A stretch of DNA of 64,000 nucleotides from Fidelibacterota bacterium (GCA_046735395.1 JBJKQR010000063.1:13947-77946); one strand, 5' to 3'. Positions 18,711 through 28,915 are shown, numbered from the stretch's first letter. Notes: generated by a model from the letters alone, not told the origin. Numbers and translations: made by a program.

Positions 18711-20662
18711 GCATTCTCCCGTGACATATAGGTTTGCAGATTAAACTCACGCCGTTTGAAACGGTCGCTGTCAATAAACATGTTTTTCCAGATCATCAGG
18801 CCGGCCATGATCCAGAGAAGGTTGTAATGCCAGCGCAGACCCGGATGCGCGTCCGTATCCAGAATACGCTGTATGTAGGCAGGATTGAACAGTCCCTCCC
18901 TCTTCACAGCTTCCGGGCTGAGCACGCTTTCCACCACACCCTTCAGATCCTTCTTGTACTGCAGATACGGATTCACGCTGAATCCCCATTTTTTCTTTCG
19001 CACAATGGACTCGGGCAACAGACCTTCCATACTCTTTCTGAACAGCGCCTTCGGCCTGCCCCGATGCATCTTCAGATGCAGCGGAAGGGAAAAACCGAAA
19101 TCCACCAGGTCCCGGTCCAGGAAGGGAACCCTCTCCTCCACCCCGTGAGCCATGCTCATCCGGTCATCAACCAGTAAATAATCATTCACCATTTTGGTAT
19201 GAAATTCAGTATATAATACTTGGTCAAGTCCAGAATATTTATGAACCTGTTCAAAATAAGGTGTGAACTGGTCCCGGACACGGATTCCCAGCTCTCCCGC
19301 TATTTTATTTCGAAAGGATTCCGAATAGATCATCCGGTGATTTCCCTGATCCATATCCCACACATTACGGAGGATGAGATACTGTTTTTCCATATCACCG
19401 ATGGCCAGAAGCGCCTGAATACCCCGCCGGTATTCGTCATGGCTCAGTTTTCCGTATTTTGTCTGCAGACGGAACAGCAGATCGGATTTCCAGGCACCCA
19501 GTTTCATCATCCATCGGGGCACATGGCCAGCCGCAGATGAAACGGGATAGAGCAGCGTATGAATATCATAGCCGGCCAGCAGTTCGTCACCGCCCAGTCC
19601 TCCCAGTACAACGGAGATATCCTCCTTGACGAAGGAGGACATATTGAAGCCCTGCAGCAGGTTAATCTTCGGTTCCTCGGCATGCCAGAGCACCTCGGGA
19701 AATGCGGTGAGCGGATCCATCGCCAGACTTTTTGTATGATGTTCCGTTGCGAAATGCCGCGCGATTTTTTCCGCGTCCGGAAATTCATCACTCGGTTCAT
19801 TGAATCCCAGCGTAAAGGTCCGGATATGATCCACGTTGAGTTCCCGCATTTTCTGAACCAGAGTGGACGAATCCATTCCTCCCGACAGGTAGACTCCCAG
19901 CGGCACATCGCTGATGAGCTGTCGCTGAACCGCATTCTTCAGGTGGTACTGCAGCTCTTCCATCGCCTGCTCTTCCCGCAGACGGGGATTGATATTCATG
20001 CTCTGCTGAAAATACCGTTCAAGCCTGGTCCGTCCCTTTTCCCATACCAGATAATGGCCGGGACGCAGCCGTTTGATACCCTGAAACAGCGTATCGTCTC
20101 CGGGCGTATAGCGCAGGTTGAGATGCTCGTGAAAACTCCTCCAGTTCACCTCCCGTTTCACGCCCGGGTGACACAGGATGCTCTTCTGTTCCGACGCTGC
20201 AATGAACAGCTGTCCGTCATCATAATAATGAAGCGGTTTGATGCCATAGTGATCGCGGACCAGAATCCATTTCATGTCCTTCATATCCATGAGGATGAAG
20301 GAGAAGATACCGTTCAGACGGTGAAACCAGTCGACCGACCACTGCAGATAGCCGTTCAGAAGAACTTCCGTATCGCTTTCCGTCACAAACTGCTGTCCTA
20401 AAGACTTGAGTTCTTCTCTCAGCTCGCGGTAATTATAGATTTCTCCGTTGAAAACAACGGCCAGGCGGCCATCCCGGGAAAACATGGGCTGATCGCCGGT
20501 CTGAAGATCAATGATGGAGAGTCGGACATGGCCCAGGCTCATGTCTCCCTTGCAGAATAGTCCGTCCGCATCAGGCCCGCGATGCTTCATGATCGACATC
20601 ATCTCCCGGAAAATCGATTCCGGAGTTCCACCCTTCTCTATGCTTCCTACGATGCCGCACAT
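18707..20662 (-). CDS. asnB: Asparagine synthase-type glutamine amidotransferase (probably glycan amidation)
   Basis: N-terminal CGI; motifs HRGPD, RLSIID, FNGEIYN, LSGGMDSS, G.GGDEL and DRMSM.H.VE.RVPFLD. Confidence 0.9.
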   Translation of the reverse strand: MCGIVGSIEKGGTPESIFREMMSIMKHRGPDADGLFCKGDMSLGHVRLSIIDLQTGDQPMFSRDGRLAVVFNGEIYNYRELREELKSLGQQFVTESDTEVLLNGYLQWSVDWFHRLNGIFSFILMDMKDMKWILVRDHYGIKPLHYYDDGQLFIAASEQKSILCHPGVKREVNWRSFHEHLNLRYTPGDDTLFQGIKRLRPGHYLVWEKGRTRLERYFQQSMNINPRLREEQAMEELQYHLKNAVQRQLISDVPLGVYLSGGMDSSTLVQKMRELNVDHIRTFTLGFNEPSDEFPDAEKIARHFATEHHTKSLAMDPLTAFPEVLWHAEEPKINLLQGFNMSSFVKEDISVVLGGLGGDELLAGYDIHTLLYPVSSAAGHVPRWMMKLGAWKSDLLFRLQTKYGKLSHDEYRRGIQALLAIGDMEKQYLILRNVWDMDQGNHRMIYSESFRNKIAGELGIRVRDQFTPYFEQVHKYSGLDQVLYTEFHTKMVNDYLLVDDRMSMAHGVEERVPFLDRDLVDFGFSLPLHLKMHRGRPKALFRKSMEGLLPESIVRKKKWGFSVNPYLQYKKDLKGVVESVLSPEAVKREGLFNPAYIQRILDTDAHPGLRWHYNLLWIMAGLMIWKNMFIDSDRFKRREFNLQTYMSRENA

Positions 20663-20666
20663 ACTG

Positions 20667-21677
20667 TCACAACCTGTTCATTTTTTTCAGGGCTCTGTAT
20701 TTATCCATATACATCCGCATTATATTTCCAGGCCTGTCGTATCCGGAAAATTTGTGCTGATAGCCTATCAGTTCATCCCGTCCGCTCAGTGTATGCAGCA
20801 GCTCGAGCTGAAGCAGAACCAGACGATAATACCCGATGGAACAGGGATCCGGCTGCGGGTAATGGGGCATGCTGCAGAGATTGAAGCGAAGCCAGTAACC
20901 CATATCATAGTCCGGAAGCCGCTGAATGAGTCCCTCGATCCCTTTTTCGAAAATTTTCACAGCCCGGTCGTGTGAGGATTTATCCAGGGATTCAGGAACC
21001 GCGCGGATAAAATCAAAAACCCCCAGAAGTGAAAAATTGTGCCCGTCAAGCACCGCCGTCGGCGCTTCCGCCGTATATTCTTCATAAATCGGAGCGTTGC
21101 TGTCCGCAAAGGCAGCGACGCCACCTTCGGAAATATCAACTTCAAAAGGCAGGAGTGCCCGGCCGGCCGTTCGCAGATACTCCTCCCTCCCCGTCATCTG
21201 CCAGGCCCGAAGCAGAACAGACAGTGCACGGCTTTGAGCAAAGGCGCTTTTCCAGGGCCTGAAGACCCGGTATTCCGGTTTGGGAATATCCGTCAGCCAG
21301 TAAGAACCCAGCGTGTCATCCTCAGAAACCGACTCCATGAACCAGTCGGCAATCCGCAAAAAATGATCCCGGACCTCCCCCTCGCCCTCACTGATCCAGC
21401 GATTGAATCTCGCCAGAGCATATTGTCCGATTGAAATGGGATAATAATGCCGCCGGGGATTTTCCACATCCACATAGGCATCATTCATGGGAATCCCCCT
21501 CGCGTCAAAACTGCTGATCAGCCGATTCAGCTTCCGGGGATCATCTTCAAATAGAAAATAATAGTGACCGAGTTTTTGTGAAAACAGGTCATCCGACAGT
21601 AAAAAGGGAGCTTCCCGTTTCCGGATATCCCGGAGAAATTTTGCTGCCATTTTTGACAGTTTATGAAGCTTTGCCAT
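20667..21677 (-). CDS. D-glucuronyl C5-epimerase family protein
   Basis: YPISIGQYAL, WKSAFAQ..ALSVL.RA, YEEY, VLDGH.FSLLG..D, YDMGYW and Y....L.QL all echo the GLCE C-terminal domain. Confidence 0.8.
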   Translation of the reverse strand: MAKLHKLSKMAAKFLRDIRKREAPFLLSDDLFSQKLGHYYFLFEDDPRKLNRLISSFDARGIPMNDAYVDVENPRRHYYPISIGQYALARFNRWISEGEGEVRDHFLRIADWFMESVSEDDTLGSYWLTDIPKPEYRVFRPWKSAFAQSRALSVLLRAWQMTGREEYLRTAGRALLPFEVDISEGGVAAFADSNAPIYEEYTAEAPTAVLDGHNFSLLGVFDFIRAVPESLDKSSHDRAVKIFEKGIEGLIQRLPDYDMGYWLRFNLCSMPHYPQPDPCSIGYYRLVLLQLELLHTLSGRDELIGYQHKFSGYDRPGNIMRMYMDKYRALKKMNRL

Positions 21678-22947
21678 CAGTCATGGAATCCATCAGTTCA
21701 GCCAGTTTGCGTACGTTATATCGCACATGATACTTATTTTCCGACTCTGCTTTCGTCGGTGCCGGCAGGGTCCGGTTCTGGAGCTGGTGCAGCAGATAGC
21801 TTTTCATTCCCGTCTGGTCTTCGATATCAAAGACCCGGCCCCGACCCGTATCGGTCATCATGTCCTGCAGGACTCCCCCGCTGCCGCCAATGACCATAAT
21901 CGGCGCCCGGAGAGACAGGTAATCATAAATTTTTGTTCCCACACTCTTGTCGGCATACCCGCTTTCAGCCTGAATTTTCAGAAACAGCGACGCGTCCCGG
22001 GCAAGCTCCAGCATGGATGCCTTCGGCATGTAATCCAGAAAATCGCAGTGAATCTCCTCGAGGGATTGAAAGCGCTCGCGGTATTCCCCGAACACCGAAC
22101 CGATGAAGGTCAGCTGGATCTGATTTTTCTGCCTGCTGTCGAGGCTGTTCAGAAGCGTCAGAAAAGGGGCTGGATTCTGGGATTTTGCCAGATGGCCGAA
22201 ATAGTAGATCCGGAATTTTTCCGATGGTACAGGCGTTCCGCCGATATCTTCATATCCGTTGTGAATAACTTCATATGCCGGAGCTCCCTTCTTCACGAAG
22301 GTCTCGCCCAGGCCGGCACTGACAGTCGTTACACAGGAAACACATGAAAGAACTTTTCTCTCAAGCCTGCGGTTCAGTCGGTCGGTCAGACTCAGACGCC
22401 GCAGTTCCTTTTCCCAGAAGGCATCAGACCAGGGATCACGCATATCACAGACCCAGGGCAGACCGGATTTCTCAACCAGACTTCGCAGAGCCAGCTGAAG
22501 AGAATGAGGCGGAGAGGAGGAAAGTATCAGATCCGGTTTTTCCTGACGGATAATTTTTCGTCCGCTTCGTAGGAGGAAGGGGATCCAGCCGATCCGTGCA
22601 TCCGGTACGAACAGATTGGCCCTCAGGAAACGGGCCGTCTTTTGAACAAAGCCTTCCTTTTTCCCCCGGTTCAGAACATAGGTGGGAATTTTTTCACTTT
22701 TTCCTTTTCCGCTCAGAAAGCGGAAGAGGCCATACGGTTCTATCGCGGATGTACGGTATACTTTAATATCTGCAGGCAGCTCCCGGATCAGCTCTTCATC
22801 ACGAGCCGGATAATCCCCGTTTTTCACGGTAAGAATCACTGGTTCCCAGCCGAATTCGGGAAGAAGGCGCGCGAAGCGAACCATTCTCTGAACGCCCGGC
22901 CCTCCTGCAGGAGGCCAGTAATAGGTTACCAGCAGTACCTTTTTCAT
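21661..22947 (-). CDS. Glycosyltransferase family 4
   Basis: Motifs KVLLVTYYWPP.GGPGVQR, PDARIGW, SSPPHS, DMRDPW and KIYDYL. Confidence 0.87.
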   Translation of the reverse strand: MKKVLLVTYYWPPAGGPGVQRMVRFARLLPEFGWEPVILTVKNGDYPARDEELIRELPADIKVYRTSAIEPYGLFRFLSGKGKSEKIPTYVLNRGKKEGFVQKTARFLRANLFVPDARIGWIPFLLRSGRKIIRQEKPDLILSSSPPHSLQLALRSLVEKSGLPWVCDMRDPWSDAFWEKELRRLSLTDRLNRRLERKVLSCVSCVTTVSAGLGETFVKKGAPAYEVIHNGYEDIGGTPVPSEKFRIYYFGHLAKSQNPAPFLTLLNSLDSRQKNQIQLTFIGSVFGEYRERFQSLEEIHCDFLDYMPKASMLELARDASLFLKIQAESGYADKSVGTKIYDYLSLRAPIMVIGGSGGVLQDMMTDTGRGRVFDIEDQTGMKSYLLHQLQNRTLPAPTKAESENKYHVRYNVRKLAELMDSMTDGKAS

Positions 22948-25376
22948 TCCAGAGTCCGTTTCCTCCACAGGTCGTATCCCGTAATTCCCAGCAGAAGAAG
23001 TATTGCCAGGTTTCCGATCCAGACCAGCACACTGCTCAGATAATAGGAATGGGGGTGAAATTCCATGACCAGACTGTAGCTCCCTGCCGGAAGTTCTGCA
23101 CCCCGCAGCAGATGATTCACTTTCAGAAGCGGTAAGTCCTCATCTCCCATTCTGAGAGTCCAGCCCGGATACCACATTTCTGAAAACACGGCAAATCCCG
23201 GTTTATCCATTTTCACATCAAAATTAAGCCGATCCGGCATGGAAGAAGTCATGTCTATTCGGCCGTTCCGGTCATACGAACGGGATTCATCAGTCCCGCT
23301 GCAGTAGGCGGTCTGCTCGGGCAGAAAGCTGGGGGCCTTCATCTGTCTCAGAACTGCAGCCTCATCCGTGGCAGCTGACAGTGAATCCACCAGCCAGGCC
23401 TTGGGGAAGGCCATGGGGTTTTCAAAAAGTATTTCCTGACGGCCCTTATCCTGAATAACCGGCTGCAGAAACGGCGCATCGGACAGCGGTGCCGGGGATA
23501 CGATATAGCGGGCGCCGAGCATATCGAGGACGGGCCAGTTCAGCTTTCGGTTGCTTTTATCCAGAAAGAGAATATTTTCCATCACATCCTGAATGGACTG
23601 CATTTTGATGGCGCTGTAGCCGGTAACCATGGGGTAGAAATACGCATAATAATTGCTCTGAAATTCCCGGCCGAGTGTAAAGATACGGGCATTTTTATCC
23701 TGTTTTTCGAGATAACGGCTGATGTCCGTATCATGAAATGTCTGATATTCCACCTGCTTATGGTTCTGGAGCGACATGTTTTTATTGGCTCTGTTTGTTA
23801 TGATGAACAGTTCGGCCGATATGAGTACAAGCAGGGCAAGAATCAGCGTCGTTTCACGGATGCGTTTCCAGGTATACAATGCGACAGCCAGAAGTGCCGC
23901 ACCGCTGAAAATCAGGCCTTTCGTCAGTTCGTCCGTAAATATTTCCCTGCGGATTCCGCGAATGATGGCAAGAGTCTGGCCATTGTACTGGCCGGCTTCC
24001 CGGGCCACCGTAAAGGCAAATCCGTCGCGAAATAGCAGGAGCAGCAACGTAAAGATAAATCCTGCGCCCAGAACCGAAAATACCTGCGTCTTCTCCCGCC
24101 CTTCCAGCATGCGCGGCAGAGCCTGCAATCCCATCACAGCCAGGATGATGAGGGAAAAGAAGGTGGCATTGACGATCATCCCCGGAACCCTGAATTTTGA
24201 AAAATAGGGCAGGTACAGAAAAAACAGCCGGTACAGGCCGGGCAGATGGCGGCCCATTGCCAGCAGCACCGAAAAGACGGCAAAAACCGCCAGGCTTTTC
24301 GCCAGCAGGTCTTTTCGCCGTGCAAACAGTCCCAGAATGGCAAACAGCAGAATCAACAGGCCCACACTGTCATAACTCTGCGTAAAGGGCATCTGTCCCC
24401 AATACCCGGGAATCTGCCGGCCCCTCAGCTGAGGATAGGCCGTGCCGTCATAGGTTTCAGCCGAATACCCTCCGAATAAGCGGGGATACATGAAATTGAG
24501 AATTTCTGCCGGGGCCAGAGACCACCGTGTGGCATACTCAAAATCCACGCCATCACTCTTCTGAGCCGACTCGGAAGCCGAATTCAACGAAACGGCATTG
24601 CCGCCGCGTGTACTGTAGGGTGTATAATCCCTGATCGTCAGAAAGGGCTGGGCTGCGGTCATGATCGTCAGCACCGAGGCTGCCGCCAGCATGGCAAGAA
24701 GCTTCCCTGCCCGCATCCAGTCACGGGCCATAAGCAGTTTGATATAGGGAACAATAAACATGAAAATCAGAATCAGCAGGGCATAAAATACAACCTGAAA
24801 ATGCTGGGTCCGGATCAGCCAGGAAAATACCAGGGCAAAAAGTCCCGCGTTGAACCATCGGGCCCGATCAAACATAGCATGAAAGGAAAACACAAACCAT
24901 GGCAGAACCATGAATGCACGGAGCTTTGTATTATGCCCCACTTCAACCAGAGCCTGCCAATGAGGCAGCAGAATGAAGCTGACAGCGCCCGCCAGTGCCC
25001 AGTACCAGGGCATCTTCAGATATTTCAGGTAAAAATACATTCCCAGCGCTGCGATCAGAAAATACAGAAAGCGCCAGTCACTCACACGTCCCAGAAAATT
25101 GATCAGCGTATCGGGCATGAGAAGATTGGAAATACGGCGCGGGTAAGCCGGCATTCCACAGAAGATTCCCGGATTCCAGAGGACGGTCTCTCCACTGCTC
25201 TTTTCATATTGCAGGTAAGCATGGGAAGACCCCTCGGAGGCGATACTGTCCACACCTGCCGGTTCCAGGCCCAGAAAAAGAAAGGATCTGAACAGATACA
25301 TGAGTGTAATGAGAATGACGGCAAATGAAATCAGATCTCCCGATTCGACCTTCAGTGTTTTACTCAGTTTCCACAT
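22944..25376 (-). CDS. YfhO family polytopic membrane protein (GT-C glycosyltransferase)
   Basis: Motifs LWNP.IF.GMP.Y, GHNTK, H.Q..FY, YS.RG, YWG.MPFT, KFRVP and FSE.WYPGW. Confidence 0.85.
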   Translation of the reverse strand: MWKLSKTLKVESGDLISFAVILITLMYLFRSFLFLGLEPAGVDSIASEGSSHAYLQYEKSSGETVLWNPGIFCGMPAYPRRISNLLMPDTLINFLGRVSDWRFLYFLIAALGMYFYLKYLKMPWYWALAGAVSFILLPHWQALVEVGHNTKLRAFMVLPWFVFSFHAMFDRARWFNAGLFALVFSWLIRTQHFQVVFYALLILIFMFIVPYIKLLMARDWMRAGKLLAMLAAASVLTIMTAAQPFLTIRDYTPYSTRGGNAVSLNSASESAQKSDGVDFEYATRWSLAPAEILNFMYPRLFGGYSAETYDGTAYPQLRGRQIPGYWGQMPFTQSYDSVGLLILLFAILGLFARRKDLLAKSLAVFAVFSVLLAMGRHLPGLYRLFFLYLPYFSKFRVPGMIVNATFFSLIILAVMGLQALPRMLEGREKTQVFSVLGAGFIFTLLLLLFRDGFAFTVAREAGQYNGQTLAIIRGIRREIFTDELTKGLIFSGAALLAVALYTWKRIRETTLILALLVLISAELFIITNRANKNMSLQNHKQVEYQTFHDTDISRYLEKQDKNARIFTLGREFQSNYYAYFYPMVTGYSAIKMQSIQDVMENILFLDKSNRKLNWPVLDMLGARYIVSPAPLSDAPFLQPVIQDKGRQEILFENPMAFPKAWLVDSLSAATDEAAVLRQMKAPSFLPEQTAYCSGTDESRSYDRNGRIDMTSSMPDRLNFDVKMDKPGFAVFSEMWYPGWTLRMGDEDLPLLKVNHLLRGAELPAGSYSLVMEFHPHSYYLSSVLVWIGNLAILLLLGITGYDLWRKRTLE

Positions 25377-25386
25377 GAGTCCCCCG

Positions 25387-26415
25387 CTATTTATAATATT
25401 TTTTTACAAACCCGGTAAATTCACCCTTGCCCAGAAGAATCCGGCGGATAAAGGCCCAGCCGAATCCGATTCCGTATCCCAGAATCTGTGTCGGTACCAC
25501 AACCGGGATGAAGGGAAACACCTTGAAATCCCTGTATTTGAAAATTCCATGAATTCCCATTGCCAGCAGAATGCAGAGGCCAAGTATCCAGAATCCAAGC
25601 ATTTGCCCCGGAAAAAGCAGTGTGGCCACCACAACGGATAAAATGACGAGAGTACCGAAAAAGGGCAGGAAATGCACCAGTTCCAGCATACCCCTGTCTA
25701 TCTTGTATAAATTTATTCTCGCCACACCCCAGTTGAATACCTGCTTGAAAAATCGTCTGAGTGACGTGCGGCGCTTGTGATACACAACCGCATCCTGCAC
25801 CTTGATAACCGGCTGTCCCGTGGCAATGATGCGATGGGAAAATTCGATATCCTGACCGTGACGAAGCTGATTCATTCCGCCGATCTTCTCAACAATATCC
25901 TTCCGGACCCCCATATTGAAGGATCGGGGATAATATTTGGATATCTTCTTCTGTGAGTGTCCCCGGATGCCACCGGTCGTAAGAAACGAGGTCATGCTGT
26001 AGTCGATGGCTTTCTGCAGGGGGCTGAAGTCGGACAGCACTTTATCAGGCCCTCCGAAGCCACCCACATCCTTATCCGCGACAGCTTCCTCATAGGCGCT
26101 GAGCCAGGCCGGATCGGCTATGCAGTCGCTGTCGATGAAGAGCAGGTATTTCCCTGCCGCTTCAGCCATTCCCAGATTCCGTGCCTCGCCCGGCCCCTTG
26201 TGATCCTGGCGGAGAAGGCGCAGTCTGAATGGGCTCCTGGGCATATAGTCCTGAACCCAGGTCAGTGTATTATCCGTTGATCCGTCATCAGCGATGATCA
26301 CTTCGAATTTTTTGAAATCCAGGGTCTGCCGTTCAAAGGAGGCAAGCAACTCCCGAATTTCATCCAGACGGTTATAAGTGGGGATGATGACAGTGAACAG
26401 ATATGAAAAATCCAT
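25387..26415 (-). CDS. Glycosyltransferase family 2 with C-terminal TM helices
   Basis: Motifs IIPTYNR, DDGSTD, FIDSD, PRSFNMG, GQDIEFS and VYHKRRT. Confidence 0.88.
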   Translation of the reverse strand: MDFSYLFTVIIPTYNRLDEIRELLASFERQTLDFKKFEVIIADDGSTDNTLTWVQDYMPRSPFRLRLLRQDHKGPGEARNLGMAEAAGKYLLFIDSDCIADPAWLSAYEEAVADKDVGGFGGPDKVLSDFSPLQKAIDYSMTSFLTTGGIRGHSQKKISKYYPRSFNMGVRKDIVEKIGGMNQLRHGQDIEFSHRIIATGQPVIKVQDAVVYHKRRTSLRRFFKQVFNWGVARINLYKIDRGMLELVHFLPFFGTLVILSVVVATLLFPGQMLGFWILGLCILLAMGIHGIFKYRDFKVFPFIPVVVPTQILGYGIGFGWAFIRRILLGKGEFTGFVKKYYK

Positions 26416-27323
26416 TAATTCTTCTTTTTTTCCTGATAGACCATCATTTCACCGATCAGTCCCATGGATACCAGTTGAATACCGAGAATCAGCATCAATA
26501 CACCAAAAATGAGCATGGCGATGTGTGACTTGAAAGGCTGGTTCAGGGCATATTTCATGATCAGAACCCAGATTTCAACCCCCACGCCGGCCAGAGATGC
26601 GAGCATGCCCAGCAACCCGAAAAAATGCATGGGACGGGTGGTGAAGCGGGCCAGGAACAGCACGGTGATGAGATCGAAGATGCCCTTGAAAATTCGTCCG
26701 AATCCGTACTTGCTCTTTCCCGTGGTCCGCGGATGGTGTGTGACCGGAATTTCCGTGGTCCGGAATCCTTCCATTTTTGCCAGAACCGGTATATAACGGT
26801 GAAGCTCTCCATAGAGGCTGACAGATTTCACAACCTCATTCCGATAGGCCTTGAGGCCGCAATTGAAATCATGGATATTGATGCCCGTCAGTGAGCGTAT
26901 GGCTTTATTCCACAGTTTGGAGGGCAGGGTCTTATCCACCGGATCGTGGCGGATTTTTTTCCAGCCGGACACGACATCCCAGCCTTCATCAATTTTTGCC
27001 ACTAAAGCGGGAATTTCATCCGGATCATCCTGCAGGTCGCCATCCATGGTAATGACATAATCCCCGGTTACACGACGGAAGCCCTGATGCAGGGCATCGG
27101 CCTTTCCCTTGTTATGCCGGAAATGTATAACCGACACGCTCTCGTTTTCAGCAGCCAGCCGGTCCAGAATTCCTTTTGTCCCGTCACTGCTGCCGTCATT
27201 TATGAAAAGAATTTCCACGCTGTAATCGTGGGTTCCGGCCGTTTTCATGATCCGCGTGCAGAGTTCCTCGACGGAGCCCTCTTCATTATAAACGGGAATG
27301 ACAACCGAAATCGATTTACTCAT
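26415..27323 (-). CDS. Polyprenol-phosphate glycosyltransferase (ArnC/GtrB-like GT2)
   Basis: Motifs VIPVYNEE, DGS.DGT, TMDGDLQDDP, HDFNCGLKAY and HRYIP, plus two C-terminal TM helices. Confidence 0.88.
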   Translation of the reverse strand: MSKSISVVIPVYNEEGSVEELCTRIMKTAGTHDYSVEILFINDGSSDGTKGILDRLAAENESVSVIHFRHNKGKADALHQGFRRVTGDYVITMDGDLQDDPDEIPALVAKIDEGWDVVSGWKKIRHDPVDKTLPSKLWNKAIRSLTGINIHDFNCGLKAYRNEVVKSVSLYGELHRYIPVLAKMEGFRTTEIPVTHHPRTTGKSKYGFGRIFKGIFDLITVLFLARFTTRPMHFFGLLGMLASLAGVGVEIWVLIMKYALNQPFKSHIAMLIFGVLMLILGIQLVSMGLIGEMMVYQEKKKN

Positions 27324-28915
27324 TGTTCGACCTCCTGCAGCCGTATCTGTGCCGCTTTATAGTCCGGATCAAGTTCAAGAGCCTTTTTCAGGACAGCAAG
27401 GCCATCCGCTTTCCGGTTCAGTGAAAATAAGATTTCTGCCTGATGAAAATAAATTTCCGCATTGGCGTCTCCCATCTGCAGGACTTTCTGCATGATATCA
27501 TAGGCCTGGGAAACTTCGCCGATCTTGTACAGTATCCAGGCTTTGGTATCATAATAGGAGCTGTTATCCGGATTCACCTCAATAGCCCGATTCACCATAT
27601 CGAGAGCGTCATCCAGATTCTCACCCCGCTCTGCCAGGGAAAAGGAATAATTATTCAGAGCCAGATCGTCCTTCGCGTCCATGGCGATCAAATCCTGATA
27701 ATACATGTCCGATTTGGAATAATTTCCCAGCCGGTCATAGAGAAGTGCCAGCTGATGTGCAAGGGTTGTGTCCTCGGGACGGAGCGACATGACGGTTTCA
27801 AATTCATCGACGGCCTGAGCCAGAAGGCCCATCTCGCTGTAAGTGTTGCCGCGCAGCAGATGAAGCTGCACATTCAGGCTGTCACGCTTCAGTCCTTCCC
27901 CGGTCACCTGCAGGGCCAGATCATACATTTTGTGGTCATAGGCCCAGTAGGCGTAGCCCTGAAAAGGCAGAGTCCCGCTGTTTTTAAAACTGATGGCCCG
28001 GTTATAATAGAACAGAACGCTATCGGGTTCATTTTTCGATTCATAAATGAGAGCCGCAAGGTGGGATATCCACCAGTTTTCCTGCCAACGGGAACGAAGG
28101 GGCTGAAGGGCGCGGAAAGCCTCATCATATTCATCCCGGCTGATGTAAAAATTTGTCAGGAACAGCTGGCTCTCCAGTTTGTCATCGGAGGCTTCCACCC
28201 AATCCCTGATGACCGCCAGGGCCTTGTCCTCCTTGTCCCGCATCAGATATATCTGAATGAGGCTGTAATAATACGGCCCCTTCTGAGGATAGAGTCGGAT
28301 CAGTTTCCGGGCATAGGGAATGGCCTCATCCAGCTTGTTTTCCTTTTTCAGGACATCCGTCATATAGGTCAGGGCATCTTCATTATCCGGAGCGCTTTTC
28401 AGCAGAAGACGAAGATTCTCTTCCGCCTTGTCGTAGTCCTTTCCCTGCACATAGAGTTCATGCAGATGAAAAAAGGCGTCCAGAAAATCCGGGTCATTCC
28501 GACGGATGGCCTGCCAGTCCTTTTCCGCTCCGCTCACATCACCGACCAGAAGGGATATCTGAGCCCGGATATTGCGCAGCTCGGAATTGCCCGGTTCCAG
28601 GTCCAGCGCTTTGCTGTAGCTGTCCAGGGCATCCTTGTATTTGTGAATATTCAGATAGGCTTCAGCCAGCCGTGTATAAATCGTAACCGAGGCCGTATCC
28701 AGATTTGCAGCATCCTGATACTCCAGAATGGCGCGGGCATAATCTCCGCTCAGACGGTACATTTCCGCAATATTGAATTTCTGAATCGCCGCTGTCGGAT
28801 AATGACGAATTTCGGGCGTCGGATGCTCACCCTTGTGGCCGCTTCCCAGTGTGGTACAGGAAAAATTCAGGGATAGCGAGAAAATAGCTGTGAGCAGGAT
28901 GATTAAGTTTTTCAT
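27320..28915 (-). CDS. Tetratricopeptide repeat lipoprotein
   Basis: Lipobox-like NFSC, many TPR units, and ALNNY.FSLA...YYDT.AW. Confidence 0.85.
   Translation of the reverse strand: MKNLIILLTAIFSLSLNFSCTTLGSGHKGEHPTPEIRHYPTAAIQKFNIAEMYRLSGDYARAILEYQDAANLDTASVTIYTRLAEAYLNIHKYKDALDSYSKALDLEPGNSELRNIRAQISLLVGDVSGAEKDWQAIRRNDPDFLDAFFHLHELYVQGKDYDKAEENLRLLLKSAPDNEDALTYMTDVLKKENKLDEAIPYARKLIRLYPQKGPYYYSLIQIYLMRDKEDKALAVIRDWVEASDDKLESQLFLTNFYISRDEYDEAFRALQPLRSRWQENWWISHLAALIYESKNEPDSVLFYYNRAISFKNSGTLPFQGYAYWAYDHKMYDLALQVTGEGLKRDSLNVQLHLLRGNTYSEMGLLAQAVDEFETVMSLRPEDTTLAHQLALLYDRLGNYSKSDMYYQDLIAMDAKDDLALNNYSFSLAERGENLDDALDMVNRAIEVNPDNSSYYDTKAWILYKIGEVSQAYDIMQKVLQMGDANAEIYFHQAEILFSLNRKADGLAVLKKALELDPDYKAAQIRLQEVEQ

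Noticed and set aside
27443..28876. 477-aa plus-strand ORF
   Set aside because: Antisense to the TPR lipoprotein gene; a typical shadow frame.
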